A stretch of 64,000 nt of DNA from Patellaria atrata CBS 101060 (Eukaryota): contig MU006093.1 of the NCBI GenBank assembly GCA_010093705.1, positions 3,785 through 67,784 on the forward strand, read 5' to 3'. Below the pieces are notes generated by a model, which searched no databases, was not told where the DNA came from, and worked only from the letters and a program-made list of their open reading frames with translations. A program made the translations under genes and the position numbers. Of the stretch, positions 63,464 through 64,000 are shown in pieces (position 1 is the first letter of the stretch; each line of letters begins with the position of its first letter).

Positions 63464-64000
63464 ATGGCTTTACTAACCTCGCCGCCTAACTTCTCGATGC
63501 GGTCGTCTGACAAAGAGTACACAATTGACGAGCTCTTTGATCAGTACGTAGACATAGACCAATTCGATCTAAGCGATCAGGCGATGGAACCCAGCAGCTC
63601 CGACGATCTAAACAATCTCTTTGACTTCCCAGGCTCATCTAATGGCAGCGAAGGCCTCGAAACTTCGCCTATGCCAGACTGGGAAGCAAGGAACAACCAA
63701 CTAGAGGAGCCTTGGCAACAGCTCCTACATTACCTTCAGCAGGACGAAGCCTTGCCCCCTATCCAAGGCAAAAATCTTGTTTACCCTCAATCCTATGGTC
63801 GAGCGGTTGCTTCTGATCCTGAGATTTTCAGCCTCGGGACTTGCTCACCTCAAATACTTGATACTACACCGAGCTCCTCCCCCGCGTCACCTTCTCCCTC
63901 CGCAAGTCACCAGCGAAGGAAGATCACCACCACAATCAAAAACGCCATTCTTCGAAAAAACCTAACTCCGATTTTCAAGGCCGTGCGTCGAAGAAGCGTA
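63464..64000 (+). CDS. wetA: 5' part of probable conidial maturation regulator WetA (runs off window)
   Basis: Open frame to window end; DELFDQYVDID and GRAVASDPEIFSL resemble WetA N-terminal motifs; diagnostic C-terminal ESC1/WetA domain lies outside the window. Confidence 0.5.
   Translation, partial: MALLTSPPNFSMRSSDKEYTIDELFDQYVDIDQFDLSDQAMEPSSSDDLNNLFDFPGSSNGSEGLETSPMPDWEARNNQLEEPWQQLLHYLQQDEALPPIQGKNLVYPQSYGRAVASDPEIFSLGTCSPQILDTTPSSSPASPSPSASHQRRKITTTIKNAILRKNLTPIFKAVRRRSV

Overview
Eukaryotic (filamentous ascomycete) genomic DNA with short GT-AG introns; no tRNA, rRNA or CRISPR could be recognised. The first ~9.3 kb is a transposon graveyard: a RIP-degraded Ty3/Gypsy chromovirus pol remnant, nested younger solo LTRs (one with a perfect 5-bp TSD) and an intact fungal-type (FunK1) kinase embedded among them. 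The rest is gene-dense: mitochondrial thiolase, GRDP/DUF1399-like protein, NmrA-like reductase, calponin-homology protein, NDUFAF2-like factor, a secreted KR-punctuated repeat precursor, a metal-dependent amidohydrolase, an SRPK-like pseudogene, a 4-TM membrane protein, an isochorismatase-2OG-Fe(II)-GST fusion, SRAP/HMCES, Med1, a histone-fold/repeat protein, glutamine synthetase, several small orphan genes, an SDR, SDH5 and the 5' part of a probable wetA. Most notable: (i) the Kex2-processed repeat precursor with Tyr-rich cores, (ii) a 71-72 bp TG...CA mini-element in two copies with 5-bp TSDs, (iii) a 102-aa secreted Cys-rich beta/gamma-crystallin-like gene missing from the ORF track, (iv) an invariant GTCACGTGAC palindrome in four diverged LTRs, (v) the AlkB-like fusion next to SRAP. 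Exon models were read by eye; family assignments are from motif recognition, not database searches.
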